Source: an uncultured Alphaproteobacteria bacterium (lineage in GTDB: Bacteria > Pseudomonadota > Alphaproteobacteria > Rhizobiales > Aestuariivirgaceae). Taken from it: a stretch of DNA of 64,000 nucleotides. The stretch covers positions 5,488 to 69,487 of the forward strand of contig CAVWWQ010000010.1 of the NCBI GenBank assembly GCA_963758815.1. Direction: 5' to 3'. The notes beneath the pieces were generated by a model. The model saw only the letters and a program-made list of their open reading frames with translations. It searched no databases and was not told the origin of the DNA. How positions within the stretch are numbered: position 1 is the stretch's first letter; each line of letters opens with the position of its first letter. Positions 43,233-53,713 of this stretch are shown here, piece after piece. The position numbers and the translations under genes were made by a program.

Positions 43233-44272
43233 GCAGAAAGCTCGGTCAGTGCCCAGTGCGCGGTTTCGCGCAGAACCGCATCATCATCACGGGTATAGTT
43301 TTCGACCACGACCGCAAGGTCAGCATCGCCGCTGTTGCCAGCCGCAATCAGGCAATTGCGCATGAGGCGGGCGTGACCGATGCGCTTCACGGGTGAGCCC
43401 GAAAACAGCTTGCGAAATCCCGCATCGTCCAGGACCAGAAGCGATTTCAGAGACGGTTCAACCAACTCCGAGCGCGCGGCAAATTTCACTTCGCGCGCGG
43501 CGCCAGCAAACTTGTTCCACGGGCAAATGGCAAGACAATCATCGCAGCCATAGATACGGTTGCCCATGGCCTTGCGGAATGCAATCGGGATTTCGCCCTT
43601 ATGTTCGATCGTGAGATAGGAAATGCAACGCCGTGCGTCGATCTGGTGCGGTGCTATAAAGGCTTGTGTCGGGCAGATATCGAGGCAGGCCTGGCAGCTG
43701 CCACAGTGATCTGTTTCTGGTTCATCATGCGAGAGCAGCACATCGGTGAGAATGACGCCCAAGAAAAACCATGAGCCCAATTCACGTGATACGAGATTGG
43801 TGTGCTTGCCCTGCCAGCCAAGACCCGCCCGCGCTGCAAGGGGCTTTTCCATCAATGGCGCGGTGTCGACGAAAACCTTGACTTCGGCGCCCGCCGCCTT
43901 GGCAAACCACGCAGCCATGGATTTCAGCCTGCCCTTGATCACATCATGATAGTCGCGGTTCAGCGCATAAGTTGAAATCACGCCGGCTGATTTTTTCTGC
44001 AACCTTGCAAACGCATCAAGACCCTGATGGTAATTCACCGCCAGCACGATGGCACTCTTGGCTTCGCCCCACATAGAATCCGGTGAAGCGCGCCGTTTCA
44101 GAGTTTCATCGATCCACTCCATCGTGCCGTGATGGCCGAGCGCGACAAAGGCTCTGAGATTTTCAGCGATTTCCTCCGGCAGATGCGCGCCGGTGAAGCC
44201 AATGGCATCAAATCCCTCCGCCAACGCGCGGGCTTTCAGTTCTGCTGCGAGATCAGAAATCGAGATCGGCAT
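43229..44272 (-). CDS. queG: Epoxyqueuosine reductase
   Basis: DYH, VDTAPLME, CGSCQACLDICP, CISYLTIE, GCDDCLAICPWN. Confidence 0.95.
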   Translation of the reverse strand: MPISISDLAAELKARALAEGFDAIGFTGAHLPEEIAENLRAFVALGHHGTMEWIDETLKRRASPDSMWGEAKSAIVLAVNYHQGLDAFARLQKKSAGVISTYALNRDYHDVIKGRLKSMAAWFAKAAGAEVKVFVDTAPLMEKPLAARAGLGWQGKHTNLVSRELGSWFFLGVILTDVLLSHDEPETDHCGSCQACLDICPTQAFIAPHQIDARRCISYLTIEHKGEIPIAFRKAMGNRIYGCDDCLAICPWNKFAGAAREVKFAARSELVEPSLKSLLVLDDAGFRKLFSGSPVKRIGHARLMRNCLIAAGNSGDADLAVVVENYTRDDDAVLRETAHWALTELSA

Positions 44273-44924
44273 AGCTGGCCGAGGGCGGCATGGCCGCGAC
44301 AGCATCCGTCAGCAGAACGCGGAACGAAGGCCTTGACTTGATGCGTTGATACCAGCTCTTAGCCACTTGGTTTTCCTGCCAGTTCACATCGCCGAGATAG
44401 TCGATGGCGGAAATATGTGCAGCTGCCGCAAGATCGGCAAGCGATAGCTCTTCACCAGCGAGCCAAGAGCGCTCTTCCGCAAGCCACGCAATATAATCGA
44501 GATGCGGGCGCAACTTCTGCAATGCGTTGCGCACACGAGTTATGTCGGGTGAGGTTGAGCCGGGTGTAAAACGGCGGATGACTTTTTCGGTCAGAAGCGG
44601 CTCTGACACTTCGGTGTAAAATTTGACATCGAACCACGCAACGAGCCTGCGGATTTCGGCTCGCTGATAAGCATTTCCGGGCAGTAACGTCGGGCTGGTG
44701 TTTTTCTCCTCCAGAAATTCACCCACGGCTTCAACACCGCAAATCGCCTGGCCTCCCTCTTCAATCAATACCGGCAGCAAACATGAGGGATTGAGTTCGG
44801 CCAACTTTTGGCTTGGTGCCCAGGGCTTCTCGTCGGCAAGCGTGACAGATATTGCCTTCTCAGCCAGCGTGAGCCTGACGCGGCGGCTGTAAGGATCAAG
44901 AACAAAGTGGTGCAGCTTGGGCAT
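44253..44924 (-). CDS. fzlA: GST-family protein, FtsZ-binding FzlA-like
   Basis: GST fold, C-terminal WYQRIKSRPSFR..YADLDF, adjacent to queG. Confidence 0.75.
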   Translation of the reverse strand: MPKLHHFVLDPYSRRVRLTLAEKAISVTLADEKPWAPSQKLAELNPSCLLPVLIEEGGQAICGVEAVGEFLEEKNTSPTLLPGNAYQRAEIRRLVAWFDVKFYTEVSEPLLTEKVIRRFTPGSTSPDITRVRNALQKLRPHLDYIAWLAEERSWLAGEELSLADLAAAAHISAIDYLGDVNWQENQVAKSWYQRIKSRPSFRVLLTDAVAAMPPSASYADLDF

Positions 44925-45048
44925 GTTGCGGATCAACTTAACAAAATTTGAGAACCAGCCGCCATTGCTTCAAGAACGCCCCGCATATAAAGGCTTCGCC
45001 CACATGCGGCAAGCGATTCTGCTGCCTGAAATGGGAGCCTTTTTCTTG

Positions 45049-45870
45049 ATGTCGCAGTTGCAGATTCTCGTTTTGGCGCTGATTCAGGGGATCACGGAAT
45101 ACCTGCCCATTTCATCTTCCGGTCATTCCATTCTGGTACCTGCATTCACGGGCTGGCCTGACCAGGGCGTGCTGACTGACGCCATCACGAATCTCGGAAC
45201 CGTGGCAGCGACCATCATCTATTTCTACCGCGAAGTCTTGATGATACTGCAGGGGCTGGTCGACTTTGTCATGCGCCGCGCCAGCGTCAGCGCCAACCTG
45301 TTCAAGCGGGTGGTGATCGGAAGCATACCCATCGTTCTGATTGGGCTGATCTATGACCACTTCAAGCTCGACGAGACATTCCGCATGCCGCTGCTGATCG
45401 CGGTCAACTCGATCCTGTTCGGTATCGTGCTTTATGTCGCAGATATCTGGAGCCCTTCGGTGAAGCGCGCAGGCGATCTGAACACGCGTGACTCTTTCAT
45501 CATTGGCCTGTTCCAGTGCCTGGCCCTCAATCCCGGCACCAGCCGCTCCGGCATCACCATGACGGGCGGACGCTTTCTCGGCTACAACCGCAGCGATGCC
45601 GCGAAGCTTGCCTTTCTCATCGGCATTGCCGCCAATCTCGGCGGCTCAGCAAAAAAACTGGGCGATGCTTTCATTCACCGCGAGCATATCGGCTTTGACC
45701 AGATCGAGGCTGGGGTGCTTACCTTCTTCATCGGTCTAGGCACGGTGGCCTTTCTCATGCGCTATATCCGTACACATGATTTCCTGCCTTTCGTGGTGTA
45801 CCGCGTGGTGCTGGGTGCAGCTTTATTGGGACTAATCTATTCAGGTGCCCTGAATGCCTGGCACGTGTGA
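45049..45870 (+). CDS. uppP: Undecaprenyl-diphosphate phosphatase
   Basis: QGITEYLPISSSGH and PGTSRSG motifs. Confidence 0.93.
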   Translation: MSQLQILVLALIQGITEYLPISSSGHSILVPAFTGWPDQGVLTDAITNLGTVAATIIYFYREVLMILQGLVDFVMRRASVSANLFKRVVIGSIPIVLIGLIYDHFKLDETFRMPLLIAVNSILFGIVLYVADIWSPSVKRAGDLNTRDSFIIGLFQCLALNPGTSRSGITMTGGRFLGYNRSDAAKLAFLIGIAANLGGSAKKLGDAFIHREHIGFDQIEAGVLTFFIGLGTVAFLMRYIRTHDFLPFVVYRVVLGAALLGLIYSGALNAWHV

Positions 45871-45876
45871 TACTTC

Positions 45877-46845
45877 TCAGGCCTGAGCCGCGGTGAACTG
45901 CCCGGCCTTGCGATAGCGGTAAAGATAGTCTGGGGCCACAGCCTCCAACGCGCGCGGCGCAATGCCCAAGCCTTGCAGCGTGCGGCTTTCAGCTTCGGCT
46001 GCCGCCGAGACTACATTGTCATGCTTCAGAAGCTCGACCTGATCCGATGTCAGCGGCGCATTTGGCAGAAGGCCCGTCAACGCGCTAAGCATGGTGGCGG
46101 CGGGAAACGGAATGGGCAGAAGAATGCGGCGGCGCACCGTTACCTTAAGCACGTAGCGGATCAGCTCGGCGAACGTCCTGACCTCGGGACCGCCCAATTC
46201 CAGGGCGCGGCCATCGCCCATGCCACGGTCCACCAGCACGGCAATGGCCTCGGCTACGTCACCCACGAACACAGGCTGAAATCTTGTCTCTGCACCAATG
46301 ACCGGGATCACCGGCGAAAACCGTGCCATGAAGGCAAACTTATTGAAAAAATTATCTTCCGGGCCAAAGACGATCGACGGACGGAGGATGGAGAGTGTGG
46401 GATAGGCGGCTTTGGCTGCCGCTTCACCGGCGGCCTTGCTGCGGGCATAATCGCTGCGGCTGTCAGCATTGGCGCCGAGTGCCGACATGTGCACGAAGAT
46501 TCGAGTCTTGGCGGCACGCGCGGCCTTGGCCACAGCTTCGGCACCAAAGACATGAATGCCGTCGAAGCCTTGCGGATTGCCATCAAGCAGTACGCCCACA
46601 AGGTTGATCACCGCATAGGCACCATCGCAAGCGGCAGCGAGCGAGGCCGGGTAGCGCACGTTGGCCTGCACCGGCACGATTTGGCCCGGAACGCCGAAGG
46701 GCACAACATGGCCCGCCAGGTCAGGCCTGCGGCAGGCGACTCTGATGCGGTAGCCACGTTTTGCCAGATTGCGCACCACGTGACGGCCAATGAAGCCGGA
46801 GCCACCGACAATGGTGATGAGTTTTTCAGAGTTGGATGATTGCAC
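45877..46845 (-). CDS. Complex I NDUFA9 family NAD-dependent epimerase
   Basis: GGSGFIG, VINLVG, YARSK, RPSIVFG, FQPVFVGDVA. Confidence 0.88.
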   Translation of the reverse strand: MQSSNSEKLITIVGGSGFIGRHVVRNLAKRGYRIRVACRRPDLAGHVVPFGVPGQIVPVQANVRYPASLAAACDGAYAVINLVGVLLDGNPQGFDGIHVFGAEAVAKAARAAKTRIFVHMSALGANADSRSDYARSKAAGEAAAKAAYPTLSILRPSIVFGPEDNFFNKFAFMARFSPVIPVIGAETRFQPVFVGDVAEAIAVLVDRGMGDGRALELGGPEVRTFAELIRYVLKVTVRRRILLPIPFPAATMLSALTGLLPNAPLTSDQVELLKHDNVVSAAAEAESRTLQGLGIAPRALEAVAPDYLYRYRKAGQFTAAQA

Positions 46846-46959
46846 GAAAACCTGCCTGAACAGTTGCTGTCCGCCCTTTTAAAGCTCCGAGCCGATTTTG
46901 CAAATGGAGCATGATTGACAAGAACCCAAACGCACGCCTAGAAGCGCCCATTCCTGAAT

Positions 46960-47044
<85 letters not shown>

Positions 47045-47147
47045 TTCTTGTTTTTCCTCAAGGCTGTGCCCATGTGAGCTCCTCGGCTGCTGCACTTGCC
47101 GAGTTGAGGCTCGGCAGCTAAAGCCATGAACAGAGGTTGTAGAAATC

Positions 47148-47762
47148 ATGGCCATTAAACTTCACCGCGGCGACCTGCCATCCGATTTCAAGCCGGGACC
47201 GGTCGTTGCCATCGACACCGAAACGCTGGGATTGAAGCCGGCGCGTGACAAGCTGTGCCTGGTGCAGATCTCATCGGGCGACGGCGATGCCCATCTTGTG
47301 CAGGTTGACCGTTCGACCTATGCGGCACCGCAACTGAAAACATTGCTCGGCGATGCCAATGTCAAAAAGATCTTTCATTATGCCCGCTTCGATGTCGCTG
47401 TGTTGAAGCAATATCTCGGCGTCGAGACCCAAAATATTTATTGCACCAAGATCGCCTCGCGGCTGGTGCGCACCTATACGGACCGGCACGGTCTTAAGGA
47501 CCTGGTCAAGGAACTTCTGGGCATCGAACTCGACAAGCAGCAGCAGAGTTCTGATTGGGGCGCGCATATTCTCTCCGACCAGCAGAAAAAATACGCGGCA
47601 CAGGATGTGATTTATCTCCACGAACTTAAATCGCGGCTCGACCAGATGCTGGCGCGCGAGGGACGTGCTGCCTTGGCCCAGGCCTGTTTTGATTTCCTTC
47701 CGGTACGGGCTGACCTTGATCTTCAGGGTTGGGCAGAAGAAGATGTCTTCGCCCACGCCTGA
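47148..47762 (+). CDS. rnd: Ribonuclease D family 3'-5' exonuclease
   Basis: AIDTET, FHYARFD, SSDWG, YAAQDV (DEDDy). Confidence 0.88.
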   Translation: MAIKLHRGDLPSDFKPGPVVAIDTETLGLKPARDKLCLVQISSGDGDAHLVQVDRSTYAAPQLKTLLGDANVKKIFHYARFDVAVLKQYLGVETQNIYCTKIASRLVRTYTDRHGLKDLVKELLGIELDKQQQSSDWGAHILSDQQKKYAAQDVIYLHELKSRLDQMLAREGRAALAQACFDFLPVRADLDLQGWAEEDVFAHA

Positions 47763-48370
47763 CAGCTTTGTCCTGAAGGGCCGAACAGGCCCGGCGCAGG
47801 GCCGCGCGTTCGCGCTTCCTCATGAAAGCGGCGGCTGCGGCTGCGGCCATTGTTGTTGTTGTGTTCGTGGTCCAGGGCTTTCTACTGGCTCCCAAGGTCC
47901 AAGCGCCAGAACCGGTGCCGCTGGAAAAGCCAAAACAGGTTTCGGGAAGTGTGTCGAACTTTTCCGGTATTGACTTGAACGGCAAGCCTTTTTCGGTCCA
48001 GGCTCAGCAGGGTATTCAAGACGAGCACGATGAAACCCTCATGCACCTCAAGACAATGGCTGGGAGCTTCATACGCCGCGAAGGTGGCGAGGTTCTGGTC
48101 ACGGCTGACACGGCCGACTATGAAATCAAGACCAAGGATCTGAAAGTGACGGGTAACGTCCGCTTTCGGGAACCGGGGCGCTATGTGGCCAATTTGTCAT
48201 CGGCACAGGTCAATCTTGAGCGTCAGAAGATTGTGACCCATGAGCCTGTCCGTGTTACCACCGAGGGTGCCACGGTTTCGGCAGACAGCATGGAAACATC
48301 CGAGGATGGAAAAATTGTCACCTTGCGCGGCAATGTGAAGGCACAATTTCAAACAGATGTCGGACAATAG
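47743..48370 (+). CDS. lptC: LPS export protein LptC; probable frame break near 47790
   Basis: Single TM helix followed by beta-jellyroll-like sequence; precedes lptA and lptB. Confidence 0.7.
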
Positions 48371-48380
48371 GGAGAGCGTA

Positions 48381-48869
48381 ATGGCACATACAAAATACAT
48401 GACGGTACTGGCGCTTGCGGGATGTCTGACATTGCCCGCACTCGGCCATGCGGCGCACGCGGCTGATAACAATACTGTCAATGTCGAAGCCGATGAGATG
48501 GAAATCATCGACGCCGATCATAAAACCATTTTCCGCGGAAATGTGGTGGCAAAGCGCCCGACCGATACGATCAAGGCCGATGAAATGACGGTGACTTCAA
48601 GCGAGGAGAAGCAACCCGATGGCACCATGAAAACCGTGACCGACGGGGTTGATGCCAAGGGCAATGTCACGATCAATACAAAGAATGCCGTCGTCACCGG
48701 TGACTGGGCCAAGTTTGATGTGCCGCATAACCAATTGGTGGTGGGAGGTCAGGTACAGCTGACCCAGGGCGGTGCTGTCCTGAAAGGTGGCAGGGCCAAT
48801 ATTGATCTGAAAACCAATCACGTCCAGATGTCGGGCGGGCGGGTCAACGGCAGCTTCGTGCCGCAATGA
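48381..48869 (+). CDS. lptA: LPS transport periplasmic protein LptA
   Basis: Signal peptide; VEAD, FRGNV, AKGNV, LTQG OstA-type motifs. Confidence 0.85.
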   Translation: MAHTKYMTVLALAGCLTLPALGHAAHAADNNTVNVEADEMEIIDADHKTIFRGNVVAKRPTDTIKADEMTVTSSEEKQPDGTMKTVTDGVDAKGNVTINTKNAVVTGDWAKFDVPHNQLVVGGQVQLTQGGAVLKGGRANIDLKTNHVQMSGGRVNGSFVPQ

Positions 48870-48934
48870 TTGTTAAGCATGTCACTGACTGCGCATCTCA
48901 GATTTCACGCAATTTTAAGTAAAGCTGACCTTTA

Positions 48935-49753
48935 ATGAGCACGCTGAAAGAAAACCGGCTTTTTCAGGCTGCCCCAAAGGCTCCGCGTGGTGTCAACCGC
49001 GGATCTGGCGGGACACTGCAAAAGCAGGTTTCAGGCGGACTCGCTGCGCATTCGCTCTCCAAGAGCTATAAGCAACGGCCAGTCGTGAGAGGGGTTTCTC
49101 TCTTCGTTCAGCGCGGTGAAGCCGTGGGACTGCTGGGTCCCAATGGCGCTGGCAAGACGACCCTGTTCTACATGATCACGGGCCTTATTGCCGCCGACAA
49201 GGGCACCATCACTCTCGACGGTGCCGATATCACCAACCTGCCCATGTATCAGCGGGCGCGGTTGGGCATCGGTTATCTGCCCCAGGAAAGCAGTGTTTTC
49301 CGGGGAATGACGGTAGAAGAGAATTTGCGTGCGGTCCTGGAACTCCATGAGTCCGACCGGGACGTGCGCGAAAGTAAGTTGCGTGAGTTGTATGATGAGT
49401 TCTCAATCGCCCATATCCGGCATTCGCCGTCTGTGGCACTTTCTGGGGGTGAGCGCCGCAGGGTTGAAATCGCCCGCGCCCTTGCCGCCGATCCCGAATT
49501 CATTCTCCTCGACGAGCCGTTCGCGGGGATTGATCCCATTGCGATCGGTGATATTCGCAAGCTGGTGCGACAGCTCACCTCTCGGGGACTCGGGGTGCTT
49601 ATTACGGATCACAACGTCCGCGAAACCCTTGAGATCATCGACCGTGCCCTCATCCTCCATGAAGGCCACGTTCTGACCGAAGGCAGTCCCGGGGAAATTG
49701 TCAACAATGCTGAAGTGCGGCGTTATTATCTGGGCGAGAATTTCCATATTTGA
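48935..49753 (+). CDS. lptB: LPS export ABC ATPase
   Basis: GPNGAGKT, YLPQE, LSGGERRR, LDEPFAGIDP, ITDHNVRETL. Confidence 0.96.
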   Translation: MSTLKENRLFQAAPKAPRGVNRGSGGTLQKQVSGGLAAHSLSKSYKQRPVVRGVSLFVQRGEAVGLLGPNGAGKTTLFYMITGLIAADKGTITLDGADITNLPMYQRARLGIGYLPQESSVFRGMTVEENLRAVLELHESDRDVRESKLRELYDEFSIAHIRHSPSVALSGGERRRVEIARALAADPEFILLDEPFAGIDPIAIGDIRKLVRQLTSRGLGVLITDHNVRETLEIIDRALILHEGHVLTEGSPGEIVNNAEVRRYYLGENFHI

Positions 49754-49856
49754 CTTGGTTTGGCGCCGTGCAGTTGCTTTTTGCACCCGAGAGCCGATTA
49801 GCCTTTGCACCTTTATCCGGTTCCTGCCCGCATGATTTTGCGCTAGGCCACCCCTC

Positions 49857-51350
49857 ATGGCACTCTTCCAAAAGCTCGCCCTGAAACAGGGCCAGTCCCT
49901 GGTGATGACCCCGCAGCTGCAGCAGGCCATCAAGCTGCTGACAATGAGCAATGTTGAAATCCAGACGTTCGTCGACCAAGAGGTCGAGCGCAATCCACTG
50001 CTGGAACGTGGCGAAGCGCCAGATGACGGAAGCGCCAAAACTACACCTTCCGAACGCAGTGATGCGCCGGATGCGCCGTTTTCAGCCGAAGATGCCCGTG
50101 GTGATGAAGGCGATGGCGCGCTCTCGCCTTCAGATGGCGTTCAAGTTCAGCGGCTGACACAAGCCCAGGGACCGCCGGATTCGCCTTGGCAGTCAACACG
50201 TGGATCAGGCGCGGTTTCGATTGAAGGCGATGCCCAGGATTATGCTGCATCGGTCACGCGCACCGAAACCCTGTCCGAGCATCTGACCGCTCAGCTCAAT
50301 ATGCATTTCCGGGACGCCAAAGATCTGCTGATCGGCCAGCACATCATCGGCATGGTCAATGATCAGGGCTATTTGACAGTTGATGTGCTCAGCATGGCTA
50401 CCTCGCTGGGCGCATCCCCGGTAGACGTTCAACGTGTGCTACAAGTGCTCAAGACCTTCGATCCTGCTGGAGTCGTTGCAACTGATTTGCAGGAATGCCT
50501 GGCACTGCAGCTGCGCGAACGAAACCGCTTCGACCCTGCCATGGCGAAACTCGTTGAAAATCTTCCCCTCGTTGCCAAACGCGATTTTGCCGCGTTGAAA
50601 ACCCTGTGCGCCGTGTCGCTGGATGATCTTCATGACATGATCGCGGAGTTGCGCCAGCTCAATCCCAAGCCTGGCCACGCCTTTGGTGCCGAACCTGTTG
50701 TTCCTGTCACGCCGGATGTGCTCGTGCGCGCCGCGCCGGATGGTAGCTGGTTTGTTGAGCTCAATAATGAAACCCTGCCCCGGGTTCTGATCAACAACCA
50801 TTATGCGGCGAAGGTTTCGGGCCGTGTTTCAAAGGCAGAGGACAAGCAGTTTCTTTCCACGTGTCATGCGCAAGCCTCGTGGCTGGTGAAAAGCCTAGAC
50901 CAGCGCGCGCGGACAATCCTGAAAGTTTCACAAGAAATCGTGAAACAGCAGGATGCTTTCCTGGTTTTGGGTGTTGCACATCTGCGGCCCATCACCTTGC
51001 GCATGGTGGCCGATGCGGTTGAGATGCATGAATCGACGGTGAGCCGCGTCACTTCCAACAAATATATGGCAACCCCGCGCGGTACATTTGAGATGAAGTA
51101 TTTCTTCACCAATGCCATCGCGTCGGCAAGCCCGCTGGGTGTGCAGCACTCATCCGAATCTGTGCGGCACCGCATCAAGGAATTGATTGCGGCAGAGACC
51201 GTGGAGAAGATTCTTTCTGATGACGACCTGGTCGAGATGCTGCGTGCCGAAAGCATTGAAATCGCCCGGCGAACCGTTGCCAAGTACCGGGAATCGCTCA
51301 GTATTCTTTCCTCCGTTCAACGTCGCCGGGAAGCTCGCGTGCGCCGCTAA
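49857..51350 (+). CDS. rpoN: RNA polymerase sigma-54 factor
   Basis: TPQLQQAIKLL, HESTVSR, RpoN box ARRTVAKYRE. Confidence 0.97.
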   Translation: MALFQKLALKQGQSLVMTPQLQQAIKLLTMSNVEIQTFVDQEVERNPLLERGEAPDDGSAKTTPSERSDAPDAPFSAEDARGDEGDGALSPSDGVQVQRLTQAQGPPDSPWQSTRGSGAVSIEGDAQDYAASVTRTETLSEHLTAQLNMHFRDAKDLLIGQHIIGMVNDQGYLTVDVLSMATSLGASPVDVQRVLQVLKTFDPAGVVATDLQECLALQLRERNRFDPAMAKLVENLPLVAKRDFAALKTLCAVSLDDLHDMIAELRQLNPKPGHAFGAEPVVPVTPDVLVRAAPDGSWFVELNNETLPRVLINNHYAAKVSGRVSKAEDKQFLSTCHAQASWLVKSLDQRARTILKVSQEIVKQQDAFLVLGVAHLRPITLRMVADAVEMHESTVSRVTSNKYMATPRGTFEMKYFFTNAIASASPLGVQHSSESVRHRIKELIAAETVEKILSDDDLVEMLRAESIEIARRTVAKYRESLSILSSVQRRREARVRR

Positions 51351-51530
51351 TTGCGGTTGACTTGCGTCCGGCTCACCCCTATGTGTCGCGCCCGAATAAG
51401 AGGTGCCGGTGCAACGGCACCATTTCTTGTAACTTCCAGTTTTGAAAAAATAATAATTGTGGCCGTTGACGAAGCAGCCGCGTGGGACCATTTTTGAATG
51501 TATCCGGACGTCAGCAAGGACTTCAAAACC

Positions 51531-52109
51531 ATGCAGATCAAGATCACCGGCAAGCACATCGATATCGGCGACCCGCTCCGCCAGCATATCGAGGAACGCC
51601 TGCAAAGTTTCCGGGACAGGTTCTTCGAAGGTTCAGTACACGGGCAGGTCACGCTGGAAAAACAGCGTGGGCGTTTTTGGAGCGATTGTTCGCTGCATCT
51701 CGCAACCGGGCTACACCTTCAGGCCCATTCCGAGCATGCAGATCCGATGGCTTGCGTCGATGCTTCTCTGGCGCATCTTGAAAAGCAGCTCAAAAAATAC
51801 AAGACACGCCTGAAGGACCATCACCGTCAACCGCGCGACCCCCGCGGCACTGTTCCTGCAACAGACTATGTGCTGCAATTTGACGATGCGGATGATGATG
51901 AGCATGCGGGCCTTAATCCGCCCGTCATTGCCGAAACAGCTGCTGTCATTCCCGAACTTTCGGTGGGCGAGGCTGTGATGCAGCTTGATATTTCGACGAC
52001 GTCCTTTGTGCTGTTTCGCAATGCCAAGGAAGGACGCCTGAACGTGGTTTACCGCAGGCCTGATGGCAACATCGGCTGGCTGGACCCTCAACAGGCCGCG
52101 CGCAGTTAG
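51531..52109 (+). CDS. hpf: Ribosome hibernation promoting factor (long HPF/RaiA)
   Basis: ITGKHIDIG, KQLKKYK, NVVYRRPDGNIGW; follows rpoN. Confidence 0.92.
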   Translation: MQIKITGKHIDIGDPLRQHIEERLQSFRDRFFEGSVHGQVTLEKQRGRFWSDCSLHLATGLHLQAHSEHADPMACVDASLAHLEKQLKKYKTRLKDHHRQPRDPRGTVPATDYVLQFDDADDDEHAGLNPPVIAETAAVIPELSVGEAVMQLDISTTSFVLFRNAKEGRLNVVYRRPDGNIGWLDPQQAARS

Positions 52110-52123
52110 GACCCTTACATCAC

Positions 52124-52597
52124 ATGAAAATTTCTGACTTTCTGGATGCGCGTGCCGTGCTGCCGCATGTCAAAGCCGGTTCGAAAAAGCAGTTGCTGCA
52201 CGACATGGCACAACATCTTGCAGGTCTGATCGCCGTCGATCAGCGGATCATTTTTGAAACCCTGCTGACACGCGAGAAGCTGGGGTCGACAGGGCTTGGC
52301 CAGGCCATAGCCTTGCCGCATGGGCGCATCCCAGGCCTCAAACGGGTGACTGGGCTTTTTGCCAAGTTGGCTTCGCCGATTGATTATGATGCTGTTGATG
52401 GCAATCCGGTTGATCTGGTGTTTGTGCTGCTATCGCCAGATCATGCAGGTGCAGACCATCTGACGGCCTTGGCCAAGGTTTCGCGCATCATGCGCTCGGC
52501 ACAGGCTATTTCACGGCTGCGCGCCACCAATACGGCTGAAGGCCTGTATGCGGTTCTCACCGAGCCGCTGGCTTCGGCACCGGCCAGCGCCGCCTGA
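52124..52597 (+). CDS. ptsN: PTS EIIA-Ntr
   Basis: REKLGSTGLG..IALPHG, DGNPVDL, HLTALA. Confidence 0.93.
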   Translation: MKISDFLDARAVLPHVKAGSKKQLLHDMAQHLAGLIAVDQRIIFETLLTREKLGSTGLGQAIALPHGRIPGLKRVTGLFAKLASPIDYDAVDGNPVDLVFVLLSPDHAGADHLTALAKVSRIMRSAQAISRLRATNTAEGLYAVLTEPLASAPASAA

Positions 52598-52616
52598 CCA
52601 TCCAAAGAAACGTGCT

Positions 52617-53252
52617 TTACTGACTGGCCCAGATGATGCGAGCCATCCAGTCCACGTCCTTCATGTCGAAAACCTTTGTCTCGTGCGCCACATTGAATGA
52701 AGCAAGCTCGAGTGTACGCGCTGTCTGGCGCTGCATAACCTTGGCCATGACCTGGCCGTCAGTGGTTCGCACCACGACGCGGTCACCCTTGCGGATGGTG
52801 GCGGAAGGCGAGACCACAATAATGTCGCCCTCGCGGTAAACCGGCATCATCGAATCGCCGGTGATTTCCAGCGAATAAGCGGCGGGATCGGTGACGCCCG
52901 GCACTTCGATTTCCTCCCAACCGCTGCCGGACGGAAAGCCGGAATCGTCAAAGAAACCCCCTTTACCCGCCTTGGCGAAACCCAAAAGCGGAAGCTGCTT
53001 GAGGCGTGGAGGCGCTCCCTTGCGGCCGGTGAGCAAGTCCATGAATTCCTCCACCGAGGCTCCAGAAGCCGTCAACACGCGCGAGACCGATTCCATGGTT
53101 GGCCAGCGCGGACGGCCATCAGGCCCGTTGCGCTTTGAGGGATTGAAAGAGGTAGGATCAAGTCCGGCTTTCTTGGCAAGACCCGATGCCGAAAAGCCAT
53201 AACGGTCGGCGATGGTGTCGATTGCGCCCCAAACCTGCTTATGTGTAAACAT
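52617..53252 (-). CDS. HTH plus peptidase S24 (LexA/CI-like) transcriptional regulator
   Basis: SGLAKKAGLDPTSFN HTH, AG candidate cleavage site, GDSM Ser, MAK Lys. Confidence 0.88.
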   Translation of the reverse strand: MFTHKQVWGAIDTIADRYGFSASGLAKKAGLDPTSFNPSKRNGPDGRPRWPTMESVSRVLTASGASVEEFMDLLTGRKGAPPRLKQLPLLGFAKAGKGGFFDDSGFPSGSGWEEIEVPGVTDPAAYSLEITGDSMMPVYREGDIIVVSPSATIRKGDRVVVRTTDGQVMAKVMQRQTARTLELASFNVAHETKVFDMKDVDWMARIIWASQ

Positions 53253-53363
53253 CAGAAAAGTCCCTGTATTTAGCAAAAATGGCTTGTGATAGGAAGTTTT
53301 ACCTTGAAAGGGCCATTTTAACAAGGACGTTTCGTGAATGAGCTGAATTTTCTTCGGGAAGTT

Positions 53364-53713
53364 ATGGTGCCGAATATTTTCAAGATCTTGGATGTGGATG
53401 CTTATCGTGTTGCCACCGCCGCTGGAGCGTTTCAAGGCGCTGCGATCGATGTCCGAGACGGATTCATCCATCTTTCCACGGCTGAGCAAGTACGCGACAC
53501 CGCGCGGCTATATTTTTCAGGACGCACCAATTTGATGCTTCTTGCTGTGGCTGCCGAGCCCTTGGGATCCGCATTGAAGTGGGAGTTGTCACGTGGCGGG
53601 CAGTCGTTTCCCCATCTTTATGCGCCGCTCGCCATGAAGGATGTCGTCTGGGCAAAGCCATTGCCCTGGACAAGGCGACGACTCATGAATTTCCGCCGGA
53701 GACTTTTGCGTGA
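53364..53713 (+). CDS. DUF952 protein; frame break near 53672
   Basis: IFKI, DGFIHLST, LKWE, FPHLY; conserved position before pyrD. Confidence 0.85.

Noticed and set aside
47826-47862. GCG/GCT and GTT triplet runs in lptC as a contingency repeat
   Set aside because: Short, imperfect, in-frame and simply encode the Ala/Val transmembrane helix.
49761-51430. Sigma-54 promoters before rpoN (near 49761) and hpf (near 51414)
   Set aside because: GG-to-GC spacing does not fit the -24/-12 GG-N10-GC rule.
52617-53252. Prophage repressor marking a prophage
   Set aside because: Flanked by housekeeping genes (ptsN, DUF952, pyrD); no phage genes or att sites.
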